Shown: one piece after another, positions 1 through 8,850 of the stretch
Numbering within the stretch: position 1 is the first letter of the stretch
Layout: each line of letters starts with the position of its first letter
Source of the DNA: Firmicutes bacterium UBA4053
Lineage (GTDB): Bacteria > Bacillota > Desulfotomaculia > Desulfotomaculales > Nap2-2B
DNA length: 33,263 bases
Direction of reading: 5' to 3'
Assembly: GCA_002382125.1 (NCBI GenBank)
Contig: DFZP01000032.1
Coordinates: 1-33,263 of the forward strand
Notes under the pieces: model-generated
What the model was told of the DNA's origin: nothing
The model's input: the letters and a program-made list of their open reading frames with translations, nothing else
The model's database searches: none
Made by a program: the position numbers and the translations under genes

Positions 1-777
1 GACTACCTGGATGACAACCGGATTAGTGTGATTTTAAGCCTGGACGGGCGTCGCGAGGTGCACGATAGATTGCGTGTTTTTCCCGGCGGCAGAGGTTCTT
101 ACGAAATTGTCGCAAATAACATTTCCCGTTTTTTAGACTCTCATCCAAAGGTGGATTATTACCTGCGGGGGACCTTTACACGATATAACCTGGACTTTGC
201 CAGTGATGTATTGCATATGGTGGACCTCGGCTTTCCAAGGGTATCGGTGGAGCCGGTGGTAGCCTTTGAAGGGGAGGATTATGCCCTTCGTGAGGAAGAC
301 CTGCCTTTAGTTTATGCAGAATATGAACATTTGACACGAGAGTTGTTGGCCCGTTCCCGCCGGGGGCAACAGGTAGATTTTTACCACTTTAATATCGACA
401 TGGAAGAAGGGGCTTGCTTACCCAAGCGTCTTAGCGGGTGTGGAGCAGGTTATGAATACCTGGCAGTAACTTATAAAGGGGATCTATATCCCTGTCACCA
501 GTTTGTGGGGCGGCCGGAGTACCGGATGGGTGATGTATATAAAGGGATAGTTAGAGATGATTTGCGGGATTTGTTCCGTCATGCTCACGTGTATTCAAAA
601 GAAGGTTGCAGCGCCTGCTGGGCCAGGTTTTACTGCAGCGGGGGCTGCCATGCCAATGCTCATGCGTTTAACGGTTCAATCCACAAGCCGTATCAACTGG
701 CTTGCCGGTTAATGCGAAAGCGGCTGGAGTGCGCTCTTTATTTACAGGCGTGGAGAACTCTGGAAGGTGGTTGGTGA
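1..777 (+). CDS. radical SAM/SPASM-domain maturase, C-terminal part (5' end outside window); anSME / SCIFF-type thioether maturase-like
   Basis: Frame 1 is open from base 1, with no stop before the listed GTG at 28, so the gene is cut by the window edge. The C-terminus has Cys-rich auxiliary-cluster (SPASM/twitch) signatures: CLPKRLSGCGAG, YPCHQF, CSACWARFYCSGGCHANAHAF. Confidence 0.75.
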   Translation, partial: DYLDDNRISVILSLDGRREVHDRLRVFPGGRGSYEIVANNISRFLDSHPKVDYYLRGTFTRYNLDFASDVLHMVDLGFPRVSVEPVVAFEGEDYALREEDLPLVYAEYEHLTRELLARSRRGQQVDFYHFNIDMEEGACLPKRLSGCGAGYEYLAVTYKGDLYPCHQFVGRPEYRMGDVYKGIVRDDLRDLFRHAHVYSKEGCSACWARFYCSGGCHANAHAFNGSIHKPYQLACRLMRKRLECALYLQAWRTLEGGW

Positions 778-943
778 AAAGTAATTATGGTTGTGAAGTT
801 AAGTTGATAGTAAATATTTTTTTGCCTACGCCGGCATCTTGAGCATTCCTTATAGATTGCCAGCACGTTGAGTCGATCGATTGGGTTTTGTGTCAGTATT
901 TTTTATTCATAAATGGAAATTTTAAGTTTTGAGGTGGTTTTAC

Positions 944-2305
944 TTGAGGTTGCCTTGTTGGATGCGGGTTATTCAGAAGCCGCCGGCTTTTAAACAAATA
1001 ATAGCGCTGGCAGGCATGTCGTTTTTAGTGATGGTGATGTTGGCGATTATTGTTAATGAGCAGCGCACATGGGCCGTACAGGTGGGTGACCGGGTGGTGG
1101 CAGTGGTTGCAGATCAGGAGGCTGCCCGGGCAGCGCTTAAGGAGGTAACTTTAAGCCGTACACAGGCTGCAGGTAAACCGGTGAGTCCGGCAGAACGGGT
1201 GATCATCAGGCGGGCTTCCGGTAATGATGGTAAAATGGTGGTAAGTGTTTTTGCACTGAAAGAGATACTGGAACAGGAAGTGTCATTTAAAGCTGGCGCC
1301 ACTGCTTTAATGGTTAATGGGGAGAAAAAGCTTATCTTGCCCGATTACAAAACGGCCCGGGCCTTGCTGGAAAAAGTGAAAGAGCAATATAAACGTAATC
1401 CGGGAGATCAGGTTGCCTTTGCAGAAGACATACGGCTGGAAAATACTACAGCGCGACTGGAACAAATCCTGACCTTCGAGGAGGCTTTGGCGGCAATAAA
1501 AGGTGAAGCTAAAGGGGTCCACGCGTATACGGTTAAAGAGGGAGATACTCTTTGGGACATTGCGAAAACCGCTCGTCAGGATGTTAACAGTATTCAGTCA
1601 ATTAATCATGGTCTTTTTCCTGAACGTTTGCGGGTTGGTCAGGATATTTACCTTTCCAGACAGGTACCGGTGGTTAACGTAGTGACGATCACCAGGCCTG
1701 TGGTGAAGGAAGAAATTCCTTTTTCTGTGGAAGAAAGAAAGGATAATAGTTTGTACAGGGGTCAGTATAGAGTTGTGCAACAGGGTGGACCAGGGCAGAA
1801 AGAGGTTACTTATGAAGTTACCTGTGTCAATGGTATTGAGAAAAGCCGTCAGGTTATAAAGGAAGAGGTTTTAAAAAAACCTGCCGTCCAGGTGGTGGCC
1901 AAAGGTTCGCGTTGGTTGCTTGCCTCCCGCTCCGGCGGGTCTGGCAGGTTGGCATGGCCGGTGGGGGGAGCTATTGTTTCATCCTTTGGCAACCGTAGGG
2001 GAGAATTCCATGCCGGGATTGACATAGGAGCGGCTTCGGGAGTACCGGTAGCAGCAGCCGAGTCGGGAGAAGTGATCCGTGCGGGTTGGTATAGCGGTTA
2101 CGGAAAATGCGTGGATATAAGCCATGGAAATGGTGTTCTCACGCGTTATGCGCATCTTTCTGCAATCAGTGTGCGCGTGGGTGAGCGGGTTAACCGCGGC
2201 CAAATGATTGGGAGAGTGGGAAGTACAGGTAACGCCAGTGGTCCTCACCTTCATTTCGAGGTAATGACCAATGGCCGGACATTAAATCCGGTTCAGTTTT
2301 TGTAG
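944..2305 (+). CDS. membrane-anchored LysM/G5-domain M23 family peptidoglycan metallopeptidase
   Basis: TM segment IIALAGMSFLVMVMLAIIV. LysM-like YTVKEGDTLWDIAKTA. G5-like YRVVQQGGPGQKEVTYEVTCVNGIEKSRQV. M23 motifs HAGIDIGA and GSTGNASGPHLHFEV. The ORF opens at TTG 929. TTG 944 lies 6 nt after GAGGTGG (931-937), and ATG 962 is also possible. Confidence 0.85.
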   Translation: MRLPCWMRVIQKPPAFKQIIALAGMSFLVMVMLAIIVNEQRTWAVQVGDRVVAVVADQEAARAALKEVTLSRTQAAGKPVSPAERVIIRRASGNDGKMVVSVFALKEILEQEVSFKAGATALMVNGEKKLILPDYKTARALLEKVKEQYKRNPGDQVAFAEDIRLENTTARLEQILTFEEALAAIKGEAKGVHAYTVKEGDTLWDIAKTARQDVNSIQSINHGLFPERLRVGQDIYLSRQVPVVNVVTITRPVVKEEIPFSVEERKDNSLYRGQYRVVQQGGPGQKEVTYEVTCVNGIEKSRQVIKEEVLKKPAVQVVAKGSRWLLASRSGGSGRLAWPVGGAIVSSFGNRRGEFHAGIDIGAASGVPVAAAESGEVIRAGWYSGYGKCVDISHGNGVLTRYAHLSAISVRVGERVNRGQMIGRVGSTGNASGPHLHFEVMTNGRTLNPVQFL

Positions 2306-2409
2306 AGACGAAGGGCGGCGGGCAAATATTTTTGGATGGTTCTTTTTGGCGCTTGATTTTAAAAGGGAGATGGGGTTAAAATTAGAGCGGTAAAGATGGA
2401 GTGGTAAAG

Positions 2410-3006
2410 ATGGTTAAGAAGAAATCAACTTTTCATGATCGGCGCAGAAAGAAGCAAAGGATTGTATTTATTATACTTGCAGCATTTCTTTCTGTGGGCC
2501 TGATCGGTTCTTCGATGGTATGGATGGGCGGGGGCTACTTTTCTCCGCCGGAGGAGAACAAGGCCGGAATGCTTGCTCCGCAGGAAACCGTCAGCAGCCT
2601 TGAAGCCAAAGTAAAGGAAAATCCCGGAGATGTCCAGGCTTTAGTTGAGCTGGCAAGGGTTTATGCAGGTTCGGAACGGTCAAAAGAAGCATTGGAAACC
2701 TACGAGAAGGCCGTTGCACTCAAACCGGACGATAGCTCTTTACGCCTTGAACTGGCATGGACCAGTTTTTTATCAGATGATTACGATAATGCCATAACCA
2801 ATCTGGAAAAAGAAATAAAGCGCCGTCCGGAAAATAAAGAGGCGTATTATTTATACGGTTATGTGCTGGCTGAGGGGAAAAAGGATTATCAGCACGGGAT
2901 TCAACAGTTAGAAAAATTTATCGAATTGGCTAAAGAAGGCGACGAAGTGGTCAAAGCCCGCCAGACGATAGAGGAGTGGAAGCAGCATTTACAAACGAAG
3001 GGGTAG
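2410..3006 (+). CDS. TPR-repeat protein with N-terminal membrane anchor
   Basis: Basic N-terminus followed by the TM helix IVFIILAAFLSVGLIGSSMVWM. TPR-like repeats follow (ALVELARVYAGSERSKEALETYEKAVALKPDD...). ATG 2410 lies 8 nt after GGAG (2398-2401), while the ORF opens at GTG 2401. Confidence 0.7.
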   Translation: MVKKKSTFHDRRRKKQRIVFIILAAFLSVGLIGSSMVWMGGGYFSPPEENKAGMLAPQETVSSLEAKVKENPGDVQALVELARVYAGSERSKEALETYEKAVALKPDDSSLRLELAWTSFLSDDYDNAITNLEKEIKRRPENKEAYYLYGYVLAEGKKDYQHGIQQLEKFIELAKEGDEVVKARQTIEEWKQHLQTKG

Positions 3007-3038
3007 AATAGAGGCACAAAAGTCGCTCCTTATTTGTA

Positions 3039-3551
3039 TTGGTGTATAGTAGTTACTTAGTTATTTGGTCAGAACCGGAGAAAGAAGAACATTTAAGAAA
3101 TGTTTTTGTGACTTCCGGGCCTATGATTCACGAGTTGACTCACCTGGTGGTGGATTATATTACCGGGGGGAATGTTCCACGCTGGGTTACTGAAGATCTG
3201 TCCCAATACGAAGAATACAGGCTGACTGGTTTTAAATTCGGCGAACCGGCAGGTTTGCTTGAACAGACGCCTTATTTTTTTAAAACAATGGAGGAGGGGT
3301 TTGATGAATTGCCGGACCAGACCCTTGCTTACTGGCAGAGCCTCTCGGCAATCCAATATATTGTAGAGGAATATGGTAAGGATAGTGTTCATCAAATCTT
3401 GAAAGTTTTAGCTGGCGGTGATAGTATAAATGAAGCAATGTACGAAGTATTGGGTGTGGCGCAGAAAGAATTTCAGGCAGATTGGTGGCGTTGGGTAACA
3501 GTGAAAAGAGGTTTTTTGAATAATAGCCGGCAGGAACTGAAGGCCTTTTGA
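3039..3551 (+). CDS. peptidase MA-like (HExxH) domain protein, short and possibly N-terminally truncated
   Basis: HELTH zinc-binding-type motif followed by WVTEDLSQYEE, which resembles the Peptidase_MA_2 pattern HExxH...EGLAxY. An in-frame stop at 3009-3011 limits the ORF. The start is TTG with no clear RBS. Confidence 0.55.
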   Translation: MVYSSYLVIWSEPEKEEHLRNVFVTSGPMIHELTHLVVDYITGGNVPRWVTEDLSQYEEYRLTGFKFGEPAGLLEQTPYFFKTMEEGFDELPDQTLAYWQSLSAIQYIVEEYGKDSVHQILKVLAGGDSINEAMYEVLGVAQKEFQADWWRWVTVKRGFLNNSRQELKAF

Positions 3552-3621
3552 AGAATATTTTGGGCAAGGGATGTCGAAAAAGCAATTTATATGTGTAACT
3601 GCCGGGAGGCTGTAGAGTGTA

Positions 3622-4875
3622 ATGGACAAGCTTATAGTTGCGGGAGGGAATGTTTTAAGGGGACGGGTACGGGTAAGTGGAGCCAAAAATGCTGCGCTGG
3701 CTATTTTGTGTGCTTCAGTAATGGCTGAAGGTACTGTGTCGCTGGAAAATATTCCTGATATTAATGATCTTCGGGTGATGATAGAACTTGTCAGGACTAT
3801 TGGAGCAAAAATAGACTGGCAGGAAGACAATTTCCTGACTGTATCAATGTCTGGTTGCTGCGTGGGTATGCCTCCTTATGAATCGGTGAAAAAATTAAGG
3901 GCTTCTAACCTGTTGATTGGCCCGATGCTGGCGCGTTTTGGTCAGGCGGAGCTATGTCTGCCTGGTGGTTGTGACATTGGTTTGAGGCCGATGGATCTTC
4001 ACTTTAAAGGCTTTGCTGCTTTAGGGGCGGAGCTTGCTTTAGAAAAGGGGATGATGAAGGCGCGTGCAAAGCGTCTTGCCGGAGCGAGGATATACCTGGA
4101 TTTTCCCAGTGTCGGGGCTACTGAAAATATCATGATGGCAGCCTGCCTGGCAAAGGGGCGAACCGTTATTGAAAATGTGGCCAAAGAACCCGAGATTGTG
4201 GACCTGGCCAGCTTTTTAAATTGTTTGGGGGCAAAGATAAGAGGAGCCGGTACTGACGTAATAAAAGTAGAAGGTGTAAAGTGTCTGGGGGAATGTCTGC
4301 GTTACAATGTTATACCTGATCGTATTGAAGCAGGTACCTTTATGGTAGCAGCAGCCGCTACGGGCGGAGATGTAAAATTGGAAAATGTAATTCCTCTACA
4401 TGTGGAACCATTAAGTGCTAAACTACGGGAGGCAGGGGTGGAAGTTCTTGAGGAGGGGGATGTTCTTTATGTAAAAGCGGCAAATTGTCTGCGCCCTGTT
4501 GACATAAAAACAATGCCTTATCCAGGTTTTCCTACTGATATGCAGTCGCAAATGATGGCCTTGCTTTCTGTTGTGCCTGGAACAAGTGAGGTTGTGGAGA
4601 ATGTTTTCGAAAACCGGTTCCGTGTTGCCGGTGAGTTGAGGCGTATGGGAGCCGATGTCGAGGTAAAAGGCCGGATGGCTATAATTAAGGGTGTGCCCGA
4701 ATTGTTCGGCACACGGGTCAGAGCAACTGATTTGCGGGCAGGGGCTGCCCTGGTGGTGGCTGGTTTAATGGCCAAAGGAGAAACCGAAATAGCCGGCGCT
4801 GATTATATAGACAGGGGTTATTACAAATTAGAGGAAAAACTGGCTTTGCTTGGAGGGAAGGTCCGGCGCGCTTAA
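3622..4875 (+). CDS. murA: UDP-N-acetylglucosamine 1-carboxyvinyltransferase
   Basis: Full-length MurA-like sequence: MDKLIVAGGNVLRGRVRVSGAKNAALAILCA..., with active-site region LPGGCDIGLRPMDLH. RBS GGGAGG lies upstream of ATG 3622. Confidence 0.95.
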   Translation: MDKLIVAGGNVLRGRVRVSGAKNAALAILCASVMAEGTVSLENIPDINDLRVMIELVRTIGAKIDWQEDNFLTVSMSGCCVGMPPYESVKKLRASNLLIGPMLARFGQAELCLPGGCDIGLRPMDLHFKGFAALGAELALEKGMMKARAKRLAGARIYLDFPSVGATENIMMAACLAKGRTVIENVAKEPEIVDLASFLNCLGAKIRGAGTDVIKVEGVKCLGECLRYNVIPDRIEAGTFMVAAAATGGDVKLENVIPLHVEPLSAKLREAGVEVLEEGDVLYVKAANCLRPVDIKTMPYPGFPTDMQSQMMALLSVVPGTSEVVENVFENRFRVAGELRRMGADVEVKGRMAIIKGVPELFGTRVRATDLRAGAALVVAGLMAKGETEIAGADYIDRGYYKLEEKLALLGGKVRRA

Positions 4876-5201
4876 AAAGACGGTTTTCTTAATGCCGGGC
4901 GCTGGCAGGCATCGACGTCTGGCAGCGAATACCTGTGGACATTAGCTGCTTGTCTTGTGAAGATTAGTGATAATCTTGTGTTTGATTTTAAGGAAAGTGG
5001 TTGCCGGATAATTTGAGTAGATGTAGTCTTAGCCAGTGGGTGTGTTGTTTTTAGGGAGAGAGATAGAGAAATATTTTGAGGGCGTTTGAAAAACCTGTTC
5101 TTTTGCCTTAAGAATGCCGGATATGGGCAAGTTTAAGGTGAGTTGGTGAGAAAGCAGAGTATTTTAAAGCTAAAAAATTTTATGGAGGTGCTTTAAAGTA
5201 A

Positions 5202-5519
5202 ATGTTAGCCATCAAGCTTGGGAATGTTGAAATTGAAGTTGATGAAGACGGATTCATTCAAGATCCGGCTTTGTGGAATGAAGAAGTAGCCAAAGCCCTT
5301 GCGTTTACGGAAGGCGTTAATGAACTAGGCGAAGATCACTGGAAGGTAGTTAATTACCTACGTGATCATTATTTAAAGTTCCAGATTGCTCCTATGATCC
5401 GGAAGCTTTGCAAAGAAACCGGTTTTAGTTTGAAGTATATTTATGAGTTGTTCCCCTCGGGTCCAGCTAAGGGTGCGTGCAAGGTGGCAGGTTTGCCTAA
5501 ACCTACTGGTTGTGTATAA
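5202..5519 (+). CDS. dsrC: DsrC (TusE/DsrC/DsvC family) sulfur-carrier protein of dissimilatory sulfite reduction
   Basis: 105 aa. The C-terminal arm CKVAGLPKPTGCV has the two conserved Cys residues (penultimate Cys and a second Cys 10 residues upstream) that distinguish true DsrC from TusE. RBS GGAGGTG at 5184-5190. Confidence 0.9.
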   Translation: MLAIKLGNVEIEVDEDGFIQDPALWNEEVAKALAFTEGVNELGEDHWKVVNYLRDHYLKFQIAPMIRKLCKETGFSLKYIYELFPSGPAKGACKVAGLPKPTGCV

Positions 5520-5574
5520 ACTGATAAGGAAGAATAACCACGAAGTCTATACCCGTGTTATCCCGGAGCTAAGT

Positions 5575-5629
5575 AAACACTGCCCGTCCCTATATAAATT
5601 CGTATGGGGACGGGCAGTGTTTTGATTTT
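5575..5629. terminator. bidirectional Rho-independent terminator between convergent dsrC and ypeB
   Basis: Perfect 16-bp stem: AAACACTGCCCGTCCC (5575-5590) pairs with GGGACGGGCAGTGTTT (5607-5622). The loop is 16 nt, with T-rich sequence 3' on the plus strand and an A/T run on the other side. Confidence 0.8.
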
Positions 5630-5667
5630 GTCGTGGATATGGACCTTTTGACCTGCCGCCGGGGAAA

Positions 5668-7041
5668 TTAAAAGCTTAAGATCCCTTCTTTGTTCCGGAT
5701 CAGTCTTAAAACCTGTTCTTCCTTGCCGTTCAACGCGTTAATATAAATTAAAAAGGTATCGTTGTCCAACTGGCCGCGGAATTCATAGGTGAGTTTTTCT
5801 TGCTCCATGCCTGCCGGAATCAACACCAGGCGGCCGCCACTTATATTCTTAAGATGTGCGCTCAATTTAGCCCGGGCTTGCGATGGCATCAGGCGGGGGA
5901 TGGGCAGCGTGCGCCGGTGATGGGTCATCAGAAAACCTGTCGCTTCAACTCCCAGTACCTGGCCGTTGTCAAGCGCAACGGTGACCTTGATCTGATCCGG
6001 GTAGAGGATAATTCCGTCCTGCATCGCGGCAAAATTAAATATTGCCAGGCCGCTTCCCTGTTCATAATAGATCGGCGCCATGTTTTGATAGCCTTTTTGG
6101 ACCAAAAATTTCCGTGCTTTTTCTCTGGCTGCGGCAATGCTTATTTTATCTTTGCCAATGTCGCGGGCAGATGCGTACCATAACAGGCGGCCGCCCTGCC
6201 GGCTGATGGCTACAGTTATCCTCTGGTTTGCCTGTGGCGGAGGTGAGGCTATTTCTACGTGGTAGGCCGGTATTTTACCTTCGCTTGTGCGGGTTCTTGC
6301 TACTGTATAATTTGTGCCGGGGTGGCGGTCAATGAACTGTAAGGCATGATCCCCGGCCTGAGCGGCGCTGATTTTTTTGCCTGTTAATCCTTTAGGTGTC
6401 CTTTTTTCCAGATGATCCGAAAAAGGACCGTCATAGATTAATGTGGGAAAGTTTTTCAGGTGTTTTTCCATTTCCTGAAAGTTTCCATTGGCCAGTTTTG
6501 GTCCTTCTCTCCGGATCAGCCACCCGGTTTGCCGGACCAGTTCACTCATATAGAGCTTTCCTTCAGCAATCTTTCTTTCCATGTCCTGGAGTTCTGTGTT
6601 TAGGGCAGATGTTTGTTTGTAGAGTTTTCTTAAGTTTTCCCAGTCTTTCTCATTTTTTGATTCTCCTGCCGCTACTTCGCCCAGCAAAGAGTAAGAGTAA
6701 TCTCCTACCTGGGTGAGAAACTTGGAAGTGCGTCCCATGGTAATGTCAGGCAGGGGCAACTGATTCAAGTTGGTTTGGGCAGCGTTGGCCCGCTGCCATA
6801 TTTCTGTGAATATTTTGCTGTCCTGCTCGGGGGCCTGTGCTACCAGCACTTTAGAGAGCAAGACTTCCACGTTTTGCACATTTTCCAGCAGGTCGTAAAA
6901 AGCACAGTAATATTTATTGCTTAAGGCAATTTCCAGTTGTTTGCGGATAGTGAATTGCTGATAACTCCAGTAAAAAAAGCTGCCCAGCAGTACTACTCCG
7001 ATTACCGAAGGTAAAAGCCAGCGCCAGCGCGATCTATGCAA
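5668..7041 (-). CDS. ypeB: germination protein YpeB (PepSY-domain partner of SleB)
   Basis: N-terminal TM, then blocks recalled from Bacillus YpeB: NKYYCAFYDLLENVQNVE, LPLPDITMGRTSKFLTQVGDYSY, DTFLIYINALNGKEEQV. TTG start at 7041 with RBS GGAAGGGG. Confidence 0.9.
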   Translation of the reverse strand: MHRSRWRWLLPSVIGVVLLGSFFYWSYQQFTIRKQLEIALSNKYYCAFYDLLENVQNVEVLLSKVLVAQAPEQDSKIFTEIWQRANAAQTNLNQLPLPDITMGRTSKFLTQVGDYSYSLLGEVAAGESKNEKDWENLRKLYKQTSALNTELQDMERKIAEGKLYMSELVRQTGWLIRREGPKLANGNFQEMEKHLKNFPTLIYDGPFSDHLEKRTPKGLTGKKISAAQAGDHALQFIDRHPGTNYTVARTRTSEGKIPAYHVEIASPPPQANQRITVAISRQGGRLLWYASARDIGKDKISIAAAREKARKFLVQKGYQNMAPIYYEQGSGLAIFNFAAMQDGIILYPDQIKVTVALDNGQVLGVEATGFLMTHHRRTLPIPRLMPSQARAKLSAHLKNISGGRLVLIPAGMEQEKLTYEFRGQLDNDTFLIYINALNGKEEQVLRLIRNKEGILSF

Positions 7042-7125
7042 TTAAGCTATCCCCTTCCGCCTCAGGTAAATTATGATCTTTATTTTTAGCGCAGGGACGG
7101 CGAAATATGCACGGAGACTTTATTT

Positions 7126-8850
7126 TCAGGCGTTTTCCAGAAGTTTTCTTTTGAGCAAAAATTCCAGGGCTGCAGGGAGTTGTTCAATTGATTCCATCAG
7201 GTAAAGTTTAGATCCGTATTGTTCCTGGAATTGTTCTTTTAATTCATCATTAAAGCCATATCCGATTGTGATCAGGTCTATATTTTGTTTCTGGCAGAAC
7301 TTCAGGGCCTCACCAACACTGACCCCGCAATTTGGTTCCCCGTCGGTGATGTGAATAATCAATCTTTTTTTATCTTTCGGCGTGCATAGGCCGGCGGCAA
7401 TTATTGCCTGCCCGGTAGGGGTCCGGCCGGCCGGTGAGGCGGTGTACAGTTTGTTGTGATGAAGTACCCGCATCACATAACAGCGCCCGCTTTGTTCCTG
7501 GTAGCAAAATACGTTGAGTTTATTTCCGAAACCTTTTGCTGCTTCGTATAGGGAGACATAAGTATTTTGCACCATCAGCCAGTCTCCCCCTTTGCCCCCT
7601 CCTTTTTTTAGGGCCATGGATTCTGAAGCGTCTACCAGGATGGTTATGTTCCAGAATTTGTTTTCAAAGGTGCGTTCCTTTTCTTTAAATACTTTCCCCT
7701 CTAATGGAGTTCTGTACAATTTCCTGCCGTCAATCTTGCCGTAATCAAGACCTCTGTTTACCCTTAAAGCGGTGGGATTAGCCTTCTGCTGGGCCAGAAA
7801 AATGAGCTTCAGTCTTTTGACCAGGTAAGGATCGGGCAGTGCCCTGCAGGGTTTGGTTTCATCCCAGAAACGGGTAGGAACAACCTGAAAACTTTCCTTC
7901 CCGGCGATTGCTTTTATTTGCCTGGTCAGGTCCCTTTCTTCATCTTCCTCTAAAACTTTGTTAATAGATGATTCTAAGTCAGCGGGTAGGGGTTTTACCT
8001 GCCGTTTGATTAATTTATCCCGTTCCTGCAGTTCTTCCTGATCTTCTTCGCATTCCTCACAACGGTTTTCATCGGCCGTAATAAGCTCTTCTATCTCGGG
8101 TAGTTCTGTCTTCCATTTTACGAGATAAATTGACAAAGCTTCCCACATTTCCTGGTATAGAAGCGCTCTGTAATTGCCTCTTTCCGACGATGAACCATTA
8201 TTCTTGGAATGTTTAATTTCATCAGTGCTTGATAATAAAAAGTTTAAGGGTTCAATGTAATCGGGATGGATAAAATGGTGAAGCTTATTTTCAAGTACTT
8301 GCTCCCCCCAGATTTGAAAGAGTGATACGAGGGTAGGGGGAGAAAGAGGATTAACATTTATCTTGCGGTTGAACCACTTCCATGCGTTGGAAATGTAACG
8401 GCGCCATACAATATTGTCTTCCGCTACGTAATTAATATAAATATCTTCCGCCACTTCGAAGAAATTATAAAGGGCAAAACGAGCTGCCAGACCCAGGCCC
8501 GTGATGTTTTTTTCTAAGATAGTCCAGACTAAGTCGCTTAGTTCTTTACAATGCAGGGCTTCATGAGCGACCCATCCTACCAGAACGTCCATTTTTCCCG
8601 GAGGAATAGGGTAGTCGCCTAAAACAAAACCGGGATCGAGTAAAATCTTTCCCTCGGTTAAATCGGACATTCCCGCCCATTCAATGGTCTTTAAATTTGA
8701 GGTAATATACCCCCCCACTTTTCTGAGCGCCTTAAGAGCATAAGCCATTTCTCTCGGTTCTATAGGTGATTTGTTTTTTCTCCAGTATTCCGAAAAACCG
8801 GCCTTAAAATCCTGTTCTTCGGCATCACGCAGGCTGGCCACAACCATCAC
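7126..8850 (-). CDS. von Willebrand factor A (MIDAS) domain protein with N-terminal HExxH region; NorD/CbbO/CobT-like partner of the adjacent AAA_5 ATPase
   Basis: Intact MIDAS signature: DASES (nt 7618-7632), TPTGQAI, HITDGEPN. N-terminal HEALH at nt 8551-8565. An acidic linker (ENRCEECEEDQEELQERD, EEDEERD) separates the halves. The exact start is uncertain (GTG 8850, ATG 8847 or GTG 8841). The ORF overlaps the ATPase ORF by up to 26 nt. Confidence 0.8.
   Translation of the reverse strand: MMVVASLRDAEEQDFKAGFSEYWRKNKSPIEPREMAYALKALRKVGGYITSNLKTIEWAGMSDLTEGKILLDPGFVLGDYPIPPGKMDVLVGWVAHEALHCKELSDLVWTILEKNITGLGLAARFALYNFFEVAEDIYINYVAEDNIVWRRYISNAWKWFNRKINVNPLSPPTLVSLFQIWGEQVLENKLHHFIHPDYIEPLNFLLSSTDEIKHSKNNGSSSERGNYRALLYQEMWEALSIYLVKWKTELPEIEELITADENRCEECEEDQEELQERDKLIKRQVKPLPADLESSINKVLEEDEERDLTRQIKAIAGKESFQVVPTRFWDETKPCRALPDPYLVKRLKLIFLAQQKANPTALRVNRGLDYGKIDGRKLYRTPLEGKVFKEKERTFENKFWNITILVDASESMALKKGGGKGGDWLMVQNTYVSLYEAAKGFGNKLNVFCYQEQSGRCYVMRVLHHNKLYTASPAGRTPTGQAIIAAGLCTPKDKKRLIIHITDGEPNCGVSVGEALKFCQKQNIDLITIGYGFNDELKEQFQEQYGSKLYLMESIEQLPAALEFLLKRKLLENA

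Noticed and set aside
3408-3830. 140-aa minus-strand ORF spanning the peptidase-MA / murA junction, together with the other antisense ORFs in the track. These include 1114-1302, 1307-1522, 3093-3585, 5800-6183, 6396-6716, 9823-10143, 11772-12083, 15200-15511, 16659-17297, 18998-19720, 21826-22251, 23719-24330, 26597-26878 and 32292-32693.
   Set aside because: All lie antisense to, or out of frame within, strongly supported conserved genes. Their composition is low-complexity or Ser/Pro/Arg-rich, typical of shadow ORFs, and none has an RBS.
4960-4977. Inverted repeat AAGATTA-N4-TAATCTT upstream of dsrC as an operator
   Set aside because: It is a 7-bp AT-rich palindrome in an AT-rich spacer, which is easily explained by chance. 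There is no adjacent recognisable promoter or second copy to support a regulatory role.
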